From an uncultured Acidobacteriota bacterium (GTDB lineage: Bacteria; Acidobacteriota; Vicinamibacteria; Vicinamibacterales; UBA8438), in assembly GCA_913043225.1 (NCBI GenBank), contig CAJWLU010000003.1:176665-240664 (forward strand): a DNA stretch of 64,000 nucleotides, written 5' to 3'. This document shows positions 1 to 9,871 of this stretch, in pieces; the stretch's first letter is position 1; each line of letters starts with the position of its first letter. Below the pieces are notes generated by a model. That model was not told the origin of the DNA. It made no database searches and worked only from the letters and a program-made list of their open reading frames with translations. The translations under genes were made by a program, and so were the position numbers.

Positions 1-1
1 C

Positions 2-178
2 GATGTGGAGACACCATCGGGCACCATCCGCGCCACCTTACCGCCCGCCACCATTGAGGACGTCAAGCCGGTCATGGCGTCCGTGCCCTCGCTTGGCGAG
101 GCCACCGATGCGGTCTTGGACGAGCTGGGTTTCGATTCCTCGACGGTCCGTCGGTGGCGCGACGATGGAGTGATCTAA
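2..178 (+). CDS. CaiB/BaiF (family III) CoA-transferase, C-terminal fragment; 5' end outside window
   Basis: Frame 2 reads ...PVMASVPSLGEATDAVLDELGFDSSTVRRWRDDGVI*, the typical C-terminus of family III CoA-transferases; not in the ORF track. Confidence 0.75.
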   Translation, partial: DVETPSGTIRATLPPATIEDVKPVMASVPSLGEATDAVLDELGFDSSTVRRWRDDGVI

Positions 179-196
179 GACGAGGGAGTGATCTAA
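161..196 (+). repeat. 18-bp tandem duplication including the stop codon
   Basis: GACGATGGAGTGATCTAA followed directly by GACGAGGGAGTGATCTAA (1 mismatch). Confidence 0.9.
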
Positions 197-212
197 TAGG
201 AGAGGAGTCACG

Positions 213-713
213 ATGCCAATCAAAGAAGGGTGGACCGGACGGGTCTACGAAGATTTCGAGGTGAGCGACATCTACGAGCACCCCCTCGGCCGCACGGTGC
301 TTGCCGCTGACAACACCTGGGCCACGCTGCTTTCGATGAACACCAACCCGATCCACTTCGACCATGCGTTCGCTGCCAATACGCCGTTCGGACGCACCCT
401 GGTGGACTCGACGTTCACCCTGGCGGTGGTGACTGGCCAGTCGGTGACCGATCTATCTCAGAACGTCATGGCCAACCTGGGCTGGGATGAGGTGCGGTTG
501 CCGAATCCGGTGTTCGACGGCGACACGATCTACTCGCGGAGCGAGGTGCTGGCTAAGCGGGAATCGAACTCAAGGCCGACGGTTGGCATTGTCACCGTCA
601 AGTCGACCGGGTTCAACCAGGACGGTAAGATCGTCATCGAGTTCAAGCGCACGTTCATGGTCTACAAGCGAGGGCACGTGCCGCCGCGGTTCCGTCCGCC
701 CTCACCCGAGTAG
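213..713 (+). CDS. MaoC-family (R)-enoyl-CoA hydratase/dehydratase
   Basis: GRVYEDFEV..IYEHPLGRTV..DN....LLSMNTNPIHFD hot-dog-fold motif; RBS GAGGAG upstream. Confidence 0.9.
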   Translation: MPIKEGWTGRVYEDFEVSDIYEHPLGRTVLAADNTWATLLSMNTNPIHFDHAFAANTPFGRTLVDSTFTLAVVTGQSVTDLSQNVMANLGWDEVRLPNPVFDGDTIYSRSEVLAKRESNSRPTVGIVTVKSTGFNQDGKIVIEFKRTFMVYKRGHVPPRFRPPSPE

Positions 714-731
714 GACGAGTCTGGGAGCGTT

Positions 732-2186
732 ATGCGGGACTGGACGCGGCGGGTGTGTCGCGTAGGGTGGGTCTCCGGACTGGGCCTGCTGATCGCCGTT
801 CTGGCGGTCGGTTGCGGGCCTTCCTTGCCAGAGGTTGATGGCGATCTGGCCTTCGTCGGGGTGAACGTGCTCCCGATGACGGGCCGCGGCGGTCCGGTGG
901 TTCTCGAGAACCAGACCGTGGTAGTCGACGGTCGCCGGATCGTCGCGATCGAGCCTACCGCCGACGTGGCCGTAACCGACGGCGTGAGGCTGGTCGAGGC
1001 CGAGGGCCAGTATCTGATGCCCGGGCTGGCAGAGATGCACGGGCATCTGCTGGGTCGGCCGCTGCTACCGGCTGACATCCAGAACCTGCTCTTCCTCTAC
1101 GTCGCCAATGGCGTGACCACGGTTCGCGGGATGCAGGGCGATCGATCGCACTTCAGGCTTCGCGACCAGATTGCGCGTGGGGAGACCATCGGTCCCCGTC
1201 TGTTTCTCGGCAGTCCCTCGTTGAACGGTGCGCGCGTCACTTCTCCCAAGGTTGGCGCCCAGCTCACCCGCGAGTACGAGCAACGGGGGTACGACCTGGT
1301 CAAGATGCACGAGGGGTTGAGCCTCGAGAGCTTTGATGCGGTGGCCGATATGGCCCGTGAGGTTGGTATCCCCTTTGGGGGCCACGTGCCAGACGAGGTG
1401 GGGCTGCTCCGCGCGCTTGAGGCCGGTCAGGTGTCGATCGACCACCTCGATAACTACATCCAGGCGCTGGTCCCCGAGGATCTTCGGCCGGCCGAGTCCG
1501 TCGGGCTGTTCGGGGTGGGCGAGCTGCTGCCGTTCGTGGACGAAGGCCGCCTGCCTGAGCTCGTCGAAGCGACCCAAACTGCCGGTGCCTGGGTGGTGCC
1601 GACGATGGTGCTGTGGGAGACGGCTTTCTTCGGCGCTTGGTCATCGGCGGAGTTGCGAGGCGAGCGGCCCGAATTGCGTTTTGTGCCGCCGGAGCTCGTG
1701 ATTGAGTGGTCGCAGGCGATCGACGGCCGACTCGCGGGGACGGATCGGGTGGCCAATCGAGGGATCCGTGAGCTGCGGCGAACGATCTTGCGGGCGCTCG
1801 TCGATGGCGGCGTTCGGATCTTGCTAGGTACTGATTCGCCCCAGATCTTCAGTGTGCCCGGGTTTTCGCTGCACCATGAGATGGCGTTGTGGGTCGAGAA
1901 CGGCATGACGCCCTACGAGGTGCTCGAGACCGGCACCCGCCGGGTGGCCGAGTACTACGATGCGACCGACGACTTCGGGTCGGTCGAGGTCGGTCTCCGC
2001 GCGGACCTTCTGCTACTGACCGCCAATCCAATCGAGAATATAGACAATGTCGCCAAGCGCGCGGGGGTGATGTTGAACGGCCGTTGGTTCCCCGAAACCC
2101 ACATTCAGCAGAGGTTGGCGGAGATGGCGACGTTCTACGGTCATTGGACCGCACCCCTGCAGCCAAGAACCCATGAAAACCCTTGA
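732..2186 (+). CDS. Amidohydrolase family protein, probable exported lipoprotein
   Basis: PGLAEMHGH metal motif, GGHVP, SIDHLD, LLGTDS, G..ADLLLL..NP; N-terminal hydrophobic stretch ending AVGC. Confidence 0.85.
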   Translation: MRDWTRRVCRVGWVSGLGLLIAVLAVGCGPSLPEVDGDLAFVGVNVLPMTGRGGPVVLENQTVVVDGRRIVAIEPTADVAVTDGVRLVEAEGQYLMPGLAEMHGHLLGRPLLPADIQNLLFLYVANGVTTVRGMQGDRSHFRLRDQIARGETIGPRLFLGSPSLNGARVTSPKVGAQLTREYEQRGYDLVKMHEGLSLESFDAVADMAREVGIPFGGHVPDEVGLLRALEAGQVSIDHLDNYIQALVPEDLRPAESVGLFGVGELLPFVDEGRLPELVEATQTAGAWVVPTMVLWETAFFGAWSSAELRGERPELRFVPPELVIEWSQAIDGRLAGTDRVANRGIRELRRTILRALVDGGVRILLGTDSPQIFSVPGFSLHHEMALWVENGMTPYEVLETGTRRVAEYYDATDDFGSVEVGLRADLLLLTANPIENIDNVAKRAGVMLNGRWFPETHIQQRLAEMATFYGHWTAPLQPRTHENP

Positions 2187-3552
2187 GCCGTCGTCCGCCC
2201 TGGTGCGCTGTGGTGAGTTTGTCGCCAGCGCCCATGTTCTTCCTGCCGCACGAAACGCGGCGCGCAACGCTGTACTGGATACGGTCGGCGTGACCCTGGC
2301 CGGGTCGATCGCGCCGGCAGCTCGCCTGGTGCGCGAGGTGGCCAGGAGTGAGGGGGGCGCAGCGCGTTGTGGCGTTCTTGGCACGGGCGAGCGGACGGGA
2401 GCCGGCTGGGCGGCGCTGGCCAACGGTACCGCCGCCCATGCCCTGGACTTCGACGACATGTGCTTCGTGTCGATGGCCCATCCCTCCGCCCCGCTAGTTG
2501 CGGCTGGCCTGGCGGCGGCGGAGTTGGTCGACGCCAGCGGAGAGGCGTTGCTCGATGCCTACTGCGTCGGCTTCGAGCTTGAGGCGGCGCTCGGCCGGGT
2601 CATGAACCCGACCCACTACGAGCGGGGGTGGCACGCCACCTCCTCCATCGGCACGTTGGGGGCGGCCGCGGTGGTTGCCCGTCTACTCGGGCAGGATCCT
2701 GCGACCACCGTACGTAGCTTGGCCATCGCGGCGTCGGGCGCCTGCGGGCTGAAGGAGAGCTTCGGCACCATGGTAAAGCCACTGCAAGGCGGTCTAGCTG
2801 GCCGCCACGGGGTGCTGGCGGCACAGCTGGCCGCGACCGGCTTCACTGCGACCGAGCTCGCTGTCGAGGGGGCGCAGGGGCTGTTGGTGGCGATGCAATC
2901 GCGGGGGGACGATTTCTCTTCCGAGGTGAGGGCGCTCGGGCAGCAGTGGGAGATCGTTGATGGCGGGATCACGGTGAAGCTCTATCCGTGCTGCGCGGCG
3001 ACCCACCCGACCATCGACACGCTCATCGACCTGCGAGCCGAACATGGATTCGGGCCCGAAGATGTCGAAGAGATCGAGGTGGCCGTCGACAGCGTCACTC
3101 CGACCGTGCTCATTCACGACCGGCCGTCGACCGGACTCGAAGGGAAGTTCAGCATGCACTTCTGCGCCGCCGCGGCCGTCGTCCACGGCCGGGTCGGTAT
3201 CGAGACCTTCGAGTCAGGTGTCGACGACCCGACTGTGCGTGCTCTCTTGCCGCGGGTCGTCATGCGGGCCGACCCTGAGGTCGGCATCGATCAGCCCACG
3301 CTCACCGAGGCGGTCGTCACCGTGCGGCTGAAGGACGGTCGAACCCTCGAGCGCCGCGTGCGCGGGGCTCGCGGCTATCCGATGAATCCGCCGACGCGTG
3401 ACGATTTGGAGCAGAAGTTTCTGTCCTGTGCCCGTCGTGCCCTGTCGGCCGAGGCCGCCGATGATGCGCTGGCCTGGCTTCGCGATCTCGACCAGCGCCC
3501 TATTGCCGGGTTGGTGGAACTGGTTGGCCAGCCAGCCGCCGCCGTCGTCTGA
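2173..3552 (+). CDS. MmgE/PrpD family protein
   Basis: AALANGTAAHALDFDD, HPS, RGWHATS, KLYPCCAATHP and KFS motifs. Confidence 0.9.
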   Translation: MKTLEPSSALVRCGEFVASAHVLPAARNAARNAVLDTVGVTLAGSIAPAARLVREVARSEGGAARCGVLGTGERTGAGWAALANGTAAHALDFDDMCFVSMAHPSAPLVAAGLAAAELVDASGEALLDAYCVGFELEAALGRVMNPTHYERGWHATSSIGTLGAAAVVARLLGQDPATTVRSLAIAASGACGLKESFGTMVKPLQGGLAGRHGVLAAQLAATGFTATELAVEGAQGLLVAMQSRGDDFSSEVRALGQQWEIVDGGITVKLYPCCAATHPTIDTLIDLRAEHGFGPEDVEEIEVAVDSVTPTVLIHDRPSTGLEGKFSMHFCAAAAVVHGRVGIETFESGVDDPTVRALLPRVVMRADPEVGIDQPTLTEAVVTVRLKDGRTLERRVRGARGYPMNPPTRDDLEQKFLSCARRALSAEAADDALAWLRDLDQRPIAGLVELVGQPAAAVV

Positions 3553-3559
3553 GGAAGTT

Positions 3560-4414
3560 ATGCCACATCGCCGTGTTCGTCGGTCCATCCTGTTCGTGCC
3601 AGCCGTCCGTCCCGATCGTCTTCCGAAAGCGATCGCGACCGGGGCCGATGCGGTCTGTCTCGATCTGGAAGACGGTGTCAGTTTCGCTCAGAAGGACGAG
3701 GCCAGATCACAGGCGCTGGCGTTGTTGAAGGACCCGGACGCGGGGCGGGCCGAGGTGGTGCTCCGGGTGAACGAGCCGGCGTCGGAGCTGGGCGAGCGGG
3801 ATCTCACCGCGTTGCTCGAGTCTGGCGTTCGCCCTGATGCGCTGATGATACCCAAGATCAGCGGGCCGGAGACGATCCAAGCGCTCGACCGCCGGCTGGC
3901 TGGCCGTTTGGATGATCTGCCGCTCTACGCTCAGATCGAGACGGCCGCCGGGGTCGCCCACGCTGACGCGATCGCCACCGCGTCGCCGAATGTGGCTGTC
4001 ATGTTCTTCGGCGCGGTCGATCTGTCAGCCGACCTCGGGTGCGTCATCGAATGGGACGCATTGCTGTATGCGCGCTCCAAGGTGGTCACGGCGGCGGCGC
4101 TGGCCGGAGTCGACGCGATGGACACTCCGTTCCTCGACGTCAAGGTACCTGACGCGCTGGCGGAGGAGTCGCGAGCGGTACGGCGGCTCGGGTTCACCGG
4201 CAAGGCTGCGATTCACCCCACCCAGGTGATGCCGATTCAGTCCGCCTTCTCACCGGACGAAGAGACCGTCGCCTGGGCCAGGAAGGTGGTGGTCGCCTAT
4301 CAGGAGAACCGGGGCGGGGTCTTGCTGGTGGAGGGGAAGCTGGTCGAACGTCCCGTGATCGCGGCCGCGGAACGGGTCCTGGCGATCGCCGACGCGATCG
4401 AGGCGGCGACCTAG
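3560..4414 (+). CDS. CitE/HpcH-HpaI family CoA-ester lyase
   Basis: RRSILFVPA, DAVCLDLEDGV, IETAAGV, GFTGKAAIHP; start reassigned to ATG 3560 after GAGG. Confidence 0.88.
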   Translation: MPHRRVRRSILFVPAVRPDRLPKAIATGADAVCLDLEDGVSFAQKDEARSQALALLKDPDAGRAEVVLRVNEPASELGERDLTALLESGVRPDALMIPKISGPETIQALDRRLAGRLDDLPLYAQIETAAGVAHADAIATASPNVAVMFFGAVDLSADLGCVIEWDALLYARSKVVTAAALAGVDAMDTPFLDVKVPDALAEESRAVRRLGFTGKAAIHPTQVMPIQSAFSPDEETVAWARKVVVAYQENRGGVLLVEGKLVERPVIAAAERVLAIADAIEAAT

Positions 4415-5865
4415 CCGACGGCCGGGCTGGCAACCAGTGCGGGCGGCGGGGTGGCCGGCACCGACACGGTGTCTCTGCTGTGGCGTTTCCGTATCTGCTC
4501 ATTACGGTCATGGGCCAGCGCGTTCTGGAGCAGCGGCAGGTGGAACACGCCGTCGCCGCAGATCGCCACCGTGTCCGCCGAGATCGAGACCCACCCCAAC
4601 TCTTCGAACGCCGCCCACACGACTCGGTGTTCCTCGACCACATCGGTCCCGAAGAGCCGGACGTAGGCGGCGCGATCGACAGACATCCCTTGCATTTCCT
4701 GGAACAGCAGATGCAGCTGGAGGTCCGGTCGGCCGTAGTGAAAGCCCCGCATCACGGGATAGCGCCCCTCCCGGATGCAGTCGAAGTACTCGGCGATGCG
4801 GACCTGATTCATGAAGGCCCAGCCGGGCGCTTGAGGAGTGCCGAAGAAGAATGAGATGCCGGCGTAGCCCCAACCCCAGGCGTCGAAGCCGATGGCGCCC
4901 TGGTCGTCGGTCTGGAACGGCTTACGGAAGAGTTCCTCGTAGAGATAGGAGCTCGGGAGCTCCGAGTCCTGCCGCTCGAAGTCGTATGGCGTCACTTGCC
5001 GATAGCCATGCGCTTCCAGCACCTCCTTGCCCACCCGATACATCTCCAGGTTCTGTTCGGTCGAGGGCAGCTCGGATCGATGGTGACGCGAGAAGGCGGT
5101 GCGACCGGCCACGTTGAGCTCGTAGTGGGTGATGTGGGTGACGCCGGTGGCGGAGACCGCCTCGAGGTCACGTACCATGTGGTCCAGCGTCTGGTTCGGC
5201 CAGCCGAAGATCAGGTCCACGCTCGCCGGGAGCCCCAGCGCCTCACATGATTCGAGGGTTTGAAAGACCTGCTCGGCCCGTTGCTTTCGCCCACTCGCCT
5301 TGATCAGCTCGTCGTCCAGCTGCTGGACACCCATGCTGATGCGGTTCATGCCGCTCTGCTTCATGCCGAGTAGCTTGTCGTGGCTGAACGTCTGCGGGAT
5401 GCCTTCGAGGGTGATCTCGATGTGGGGAGGGATCTCGAAGACCCCTCGCACGACGTCCATCAGCCGCGGGTATTGATCAGCTTTGTAGAGGTTCGATGTG
5501 CCTCCGCCGAAGTAGATGCTGGCCAGCTCGGCCCCGGCGAAGTGGTCGCGGAATAGATCGCCCTCACGTTCGAGATAGCCGAGATACTCGTCCAGCTGAC
5601 GGTGACTCGTGTAGATCTCGCTCGGGAACAGGCAGAAACCGCACCGATCTGGGTCGGTCGGCAGGCAGTACGGGGTCCCGACGTAGAGGTTGACCCGTTT
5701 CCTAAGAGCGCGGCCCGCTGTGGCGCGGTCCGCGAGTACCTGGTCCATCGGAACCTGCTGCTCCAGCCACTGCACGGGCGACGGGTAGCCGTGGAGCACC
5801 TTGTTGCTCTGGCGGCGGCGGCGTTGCTTGTCCACGAAGGCGTGAACCGCCTCAATGCTGTGCAT
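4411..5865 (-). CDS. HemN-like radical SAM protein with non-canonical Cx7Cx2C motif
   Basis: LYVGTPYCLPTDPDRCGFCLF, IYFGGGT, NRISMGVQ, DLIFGWPNQT, HITHYEL. Confidence 0.85.
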   Translation of the reverse strand: MHSIEAVHAFVDKQRRRRQSNKVLHGYPSPVQWLEQQVPMDQVLADRATAGRALRKRVNLYVGTPYCLPTDPDRCGFCLFPSEIYTSHRQLDEYLGYLEREGDLFRDHFAGAELASIYFGGGTSNLYKADQYPRLMDVVRGVFEIPPHIEITLEGIPQTFSHDKLLGMKQSGMNRISMGVQQLDDELIKASGRKQRAEQVFQTLESCEALGLPASVDLIFGWPNQTLDHMVRDLEAVSATGVTHITHYELNVAGRTAFSRHHRSELPSTEQNLEMYRVGKEVLEAHGYRQVTPYDFERQDSELPSSYLYEELFRKPFQTDDQGAIGFDAWGWGYAGISFFFGTPQAPGWAFMNQVRIAEYFDCIREGRYPVMRGFHYGRPDLQLHLLFQEMQGMSVDRAAYVRLFGTDVVEEHRVVWAAFEELGWVSISADTVAICGDGVFHLPLLQNALAHDRNEQIRKRHSRDTVSVPATPPPALVASPAVG

Positions 5866-5936
5866 GCTGGGTACAGAGAAACCAGAGGCGCCGAACGGCG
5901 TGCCATGGCGCTGGAACTCGGCTCGTTAGTGACTGG

Positions 5937-5965
5937 ATTGTCGACCGGACAGGAGGGGTTGTCAA
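5937..5965 (-). promoter_or_regulatory. Putative sigma70 promoter of the radical SAM gene
   Basis: Minus strand TTGACA-N17-GACAAT about 70 bp upstream of the start. Confidence 0.5.
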
Positions 5966-6054
5966 CCCGAGTCGAGTGGGTGTCCGCGGGCAAAGCCGAG
6001 ACCTGGAATACAACCTGCGGGCGACTGATTTTGAGTGCTTGCGAGGGAACTTCG

Positions 6055-8616
6055 TTACCGGATCTTCGCAAGAACGGCGTGATGATAGTTGAAGTCGACC
6101 CGCTTCGGTCGTGCTGGGAGCGGCAGGGTCACCCGCACTTCTTCCTCATCGACCCAGATCCTTCGGAGCATCGGCGGGCGGTTCTCGAAGGTTAGATGGA
6201 TCGGCACCGGCATCCGAAATCCGGCCGAGACGTCCCTCTGGCGAATGGTACCCTCCAAGACGTACCCGTCGCTCTCCGTGCGCACGTCCAGGTCCACGTC
6301 GTAGGTCGGGACCTCGACTCCGTAGACCCACTGGTCGAAGAACCAGTCCATCGGTTCGCCAAACGTCTCGTCGACCGCGTCCTCGAACGATCGGGTCGAC
6401 ATGACGCCGCCGACGTGCGCGGTCGCGTATCCCCGCATCAACTGGCGGAAGCGTTCGTCGCTCCCCGTGTCGGGGTCGAGCAGCATGGCGCGCAGCATAT
6501 GCAGGATGTAGGCGCCTTTCTCGTAGACGATGACCCGGTAGTCGAACGGGGTCTCGGTGGAGTTCAGCCGATGGCCTACCACCAGCGCTCCAGAGTCGTG
6601 GCCGTCGCTTCGCTGGAGCGCGCCCGGCGAAAATCCGTAGTGGCGCAGGCCCATACCCTGTCCCACCTGGCCTTCGCCTAGCACGTCGTGCCGCCAGGCG
6701 TCGATCATCTCAAGGAACTGGTCCTCATCCTCCAGGGCTTGAAGCGCGTACAGTGCCGCCGCGTACTGGGCAAAGCCCTCGCTCATCCACTGGTCCCGAT
6801 AGTCTTCCCAGTCAATGGCGGCGCCCCACCACTGGTGAGCGACCTCGTGGGCCCGGAACAATTCCGCCTCGCCGGTGTGGAGCTCCCCGAAGGCCTGATA
6901 GGAGAGTAGTAGCAGGCCGGGAAAGGCTTGACCACTTTGGGTCGGGGTTTCGGTGGTCAACAAGGAGGAGAACGGGAACGGTCCGAAGTAGTCGCTGAAG
7001 AGCTCAATCGATGCCGTGAGGTCCTCGACCGTCTTTTCCCGGTTGCCCGGCGCAAAGCCCAGGTGGTTGTCGTTGCCGTACACTGAGACCGCCGGCGGCG
7101 ACGCGCGTTCGACCGTTGTTACGTCGAATTGTCCGAGGTGGAATGACATGTTGCGTACCGGCTTGTCGGTGACCCAACGCATGATCCGAGTGTCGTCCAC
7201 CACCTCTTCGCGGGTCATGACGCCGCCGCTGGCCACCTGATAGCGCTCAGGCATCCGGAAGGTCAGGTCAAGCCGGGTCAACCGGGTGTCTGGATGACGG
7301 GGTTGCCAGTAGATAGTGTCCTTGAGCAGGAAGTCGTTGCTCTCGCGAAGGCGTTCGATGAGCTCGCCCTCGTAGGCCAGCTGGACGACGAATCGTTCTC
7401 CCGCCTCGAACGTGCGCGGTAGCTCGATCGTGATCCAGGGCTCGAAGACGTCGTCAGCCATGAGCCGATCGTCACGTTCGCGGACGAAGGGGACCGCCTC
7501 GCCGGAGAGGGGGGTCGGCTCGTCGGGTGCGGGAGCTTCCGCGGCGGTGTTCTCCTTCGCCTCCATCTGGAGGAGCGAGGGCGACGTGTCTCCCTCTGGC
7601 GGCGGAGCGAGTCTGACGTCGATCACCTCCAGCACCTGGCTCAGTAACAGACGAAGACCCCGCGTGGGTTCCAATGGCTCGATCAGCAGCGCCGCGGTCC
7701 CACTCGCGTCTCCGTTGCCCTCAAGCGCGAGATCCACCTGGGCGCGTGGCACTCTGATGCGCGGGTTCCATGCGTCGCTGTCGAGTGGCCGGGCCGGTAG
7801 CCCAAGCGCGCCACCGGTTACCTCGTCGTCGAGGCTTTCCGGATCGACGACGTAGCCATCAAGTGCGCGCGCGCGCTGCTCCGCGGTGAAGTCAGGCAGG
7901 AAGTCGACGCGGAGCCAGTAGTCTCGGATGCGTCGCCGGCTATCGTGCTTGTAGAGTTCGACTTCCTCTCTCGCGCCGGGGTCGCGCGTGATGGTGAGCC
8001 AGCCTTCGTCCTTAGTGTCGATATCGGCTAGGAGAAACGCACGGTCGCTCTGAAGCGTGCCGGCTTGCCGCCGGAGGAGGTCCTCCAGGATCCGTCCGTC
8101 CGGGTTGTGGAGCTGGTCCTCAAGCCGATCTTCCCGCCGGTCGTCGAGATACCGCGCGGCTCGTTTGGGGTCGCCCTCGTCGTCGGCCGGGTCGGCCAAC
8201 GCACGGAGGTCTCGCAGTGTGTCGCTTACGGACCAGACCACGAGTCGCTCGAACGCTTCGTCGACGTGGTGGTCGTCGGAGAGCTTCTCCAGCTGGTGGT
8301 ACTCCACCGCGTCCGGGGCGAACCCGCGGAGCACGCCGTCTCCGAGGTAGACGGCGATCGGGATTAGGCCGTCGACTTCTTGCCCGAGATAGAGTCGGCC
8401 GTCGGATAGCTCCAGTTCGAAACGGTCGAGACGCAGGCGCTGGCCACGGATGCGACCTGCGTAAGTCATCTCCTCCCCGCGCAGCGTGGAGTAGCGGCCT
8501 GGCGGTTCCCGTTCCTCGTCCTGTGCCACGCTCGGGGTGGGTATCCCTAGAGTGACCGCGTAGACGGCGAGCGGCAGCAGTACGACTCGGCCGCTGGGCA
8601 TGTCGCCAGCGTACAC
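6055..8616 (-). CDS. M1 family zinc aminopeptidase, secreted
   Basis: AHEVAHQWWG (HExxH), WMSEGFAQY, YEKGAYILHML, WFFDQWVYG; signal peptide; true start may be ATG 8601. Confidence 0.9.
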   Translation of the reverse strand: MYAGDMPSGRVVLLPLAVYAVTLGIPTPSVAQDEEREPPGRYSTLRGEEMTYAGRIRGQRLRLDRFELELSDGRLYLGQEVDGLIPIAVYLGDGVLRGFAPDAVEYHQLEKLSDDHHVDEAFERLVVWSVSDTLRDLRALADPADDEGDPKRAARYLDDRREDRLEDQLHNPDGRILEDLLRRQAGTLQSDRAFLLADIDTKDEGWLTITRDPGAREEVELYKHDSRRRIRDYWLRVDFLPDFTAEQRARALDGYVVDPESLDDEVTGGALGLPARPLDSDAWNPRIRVPRAQVDLALEGNGDASGTAALLIEPLEPTRGLRLLLSQVLEVIDVRLAPPPEGDTSPSLLQMEAKENTAAEAPAPDEPTPLSGEAVPFVRERDDRLMADDVFEPWITIELPRTFEAGERFVVQLAYEGELIERLRESNDFLLKDTIYWQPRHPDTRLTRLDLTFRMPERYQVASGGVMTREEVVDDTRIMRWVTDKPVRNMSFHLGQFDVTTVERASPPAVSVYGNDNHLGFAPGNREKTVEDLTASIELFSDYFGPFPFSSLLTTETPTQSGQAFPGLLLLSYQAFGELHTGEAELFRAHEVAHQWWGAAIDWEDYRDQWMSEGFAQYAAALYALQALEDEDQFLEMIDAWRHDVLGEGQVGQGMGLRHYGFSPGALQRSDGHDSGALVVGHRLNSTETPFDYRVIVYEKGAYILHMLRAMLLDPDTGSDERFRQLMRGYATAHVGGVMSTRSFEDAVDETFGEPMDWFFDQWVYGVEVPTYDVDLDVRTESDGYVLEGTIRQRDVSAGFRMPVPIHLTFENRPPMLRRIWVDEEEVRVTLPLPARPKRVDFNYHHAVLAKIR

Positions 8617-8768
8617 CAGCTTGTCAGGACTGGACGTAGGTAGGGGGCCCGGCAGCGGGTGGTGGGGTCATCGGTCACCCAAGCTTAGGCTGGCGCCACT
8701 TGAGGAAAAGTGAGCGGTTTTCCCCCATGGGTGACTCGTCCGGTCGCGTTCCCGATGACCCTGCTATG

Positions 8769-9221
8769 TCAAACGCTAGGGCGTCGAGAACTGAACACCG
8801 GTTCTCTCGGAACGTCCTCGACGGCAATCCTGAAGCAGTGGGAGCCCGAAGGATGCGACCAGAAGGCACCTTCGTCCTGAAGCTGTTCCGCGGTGGAGAA
8901 GCTCGTGCACAGCTCGTAGCTGTCTTCTGCAAGCACTTGATAGGAATACGGTTCTCCGGACTCAGGGTCGCTCAGCTGAAGTTTCGGTTCGGCCGAGGAC
9001 TCCAGCACCCTGAGCGCAAGAGGAAGCGCGCCGACCCGATTCCAGTACACGTCCACAGCCCGGGCCACCGCACGAAGCTCGCTCCGGCGTCGGGCATCAA
9101 GGCGTCGGTCCCGCTCGACGGCCGGCGACCCGAGGAGCCCGAGCCCGATTCCCACCGCCATGGTGGCTACGAGGATCGCCGCGACGAGTAGTCGCGTGCC
9201 CCCGGGGGAGCCGGCCTTCAT
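8769..9221 (-). CDS. Single-TM hypothetical protein with pilin/pseudopilin-like features
   Basis: TM helix then GSP..R..RLD.RR..EL, LP..L..L, DPESGEPYSY, YELC..F; ATGA overlap with the upstream gene. Confidence 0.65.
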   Translation of the reverse strand: MKAGSPGGTRLLVAAILVATMAVGIGLGLLGSPAVERDRRLDARRRSELRAVARAVDVYWNRVGALPLALRVLESSAEPKLQLSDPESGEPYSYQVLAEDSYELCTSFSTAEQLQDEGAFWSHPSGSHCFRIAVEDVPREPVFSSRRPSV

Positions 9222-9865
9222 GCCTCAGTCTCGCGTTCGTCGGCACGGAGGTCTGAGAGGTAGTACCAGAATCCGCCGCCCGCCAGCGCTCCGACGGTGA
9301 GGACCTTGAGCAAGAACCTGGTGGTCAGCTCACCCCCCAGCAGGTTGAAGACCAGCGTGGTGACATCGCCGATCAGCACCGCCGCCGCCACGAACAGCGT
9401 GAGATAGGTCAGCCACCGCCGCACCTTCGATGCCCGCTTCGCTGGGTCGGCCGCCAGTTCCTTGCCTACCAGCTTGGAGAGTCCGACGAAGAGTGGGCCG
9501 GCGACGATCAGGAGAGATACGGACCAGCGGATTTGTTCGCGCATGACCTGGACGGGTCGCGTGTAGCTGAGGTCTGGGAACGCGTAGTTGATCAGTTCGA
9601 AGAGGAGTTGGCCCAGGCTGAACGCACTCAGATAGAGCGCCGTGAACAGCAGGAGGTAAACGAAGGCGTCCCTGGCTGACAGGTACGGCTGCGGGCGGGG
9701 GACTGGGAGCGGAAATTCCACGTCAGCGTAGCAGGTAAGGGCTCCGCGAATGTCCGCCCCATCCCAGCCGGCGTTTTTGAGCGCCGTCCGCAGGCGAGAT
9801 CGATCTACACCGCGGGCCAGACCGTCCCTGACGAATCGCCGAAGTTCTTCGGGGGCTGCCATCAC
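9218..9865 (-). CDS. DUF5671-like membrane protein
   Basis: PVPRP.PYLSARDAFVYLLLF..LY and SKVRRWLTYLTLFVAA motifs; about four TM helices. Confidence 0.7.
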   Translation of the reverse strand: MMAAPEELRRFVRDGLARGVDRSRLRTALKNAGWDGADIRGALTCYADVEFPLPVPRPQPYLSARDAFVYLLLFTALYLSAFSLGQLLFELINYAFPDLSYTRPVQVMREQIRWSVSLLIVAGPLFVGLSKLVGKELAADPAKRASKVRRWLTYLTLFVAAAVLIGDVTTLVFNLLGGELTTRFLLKVLTVGALAGGGFWYYLSDLRADERETEA

Positions 9866-9871
9866 TCCTCC

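Noticed and set aside
8700..9191. 163-aa plus-strand ORF
   Set aside because: Antisense shadow of the translationally coupled minus-strand gene; no motifs
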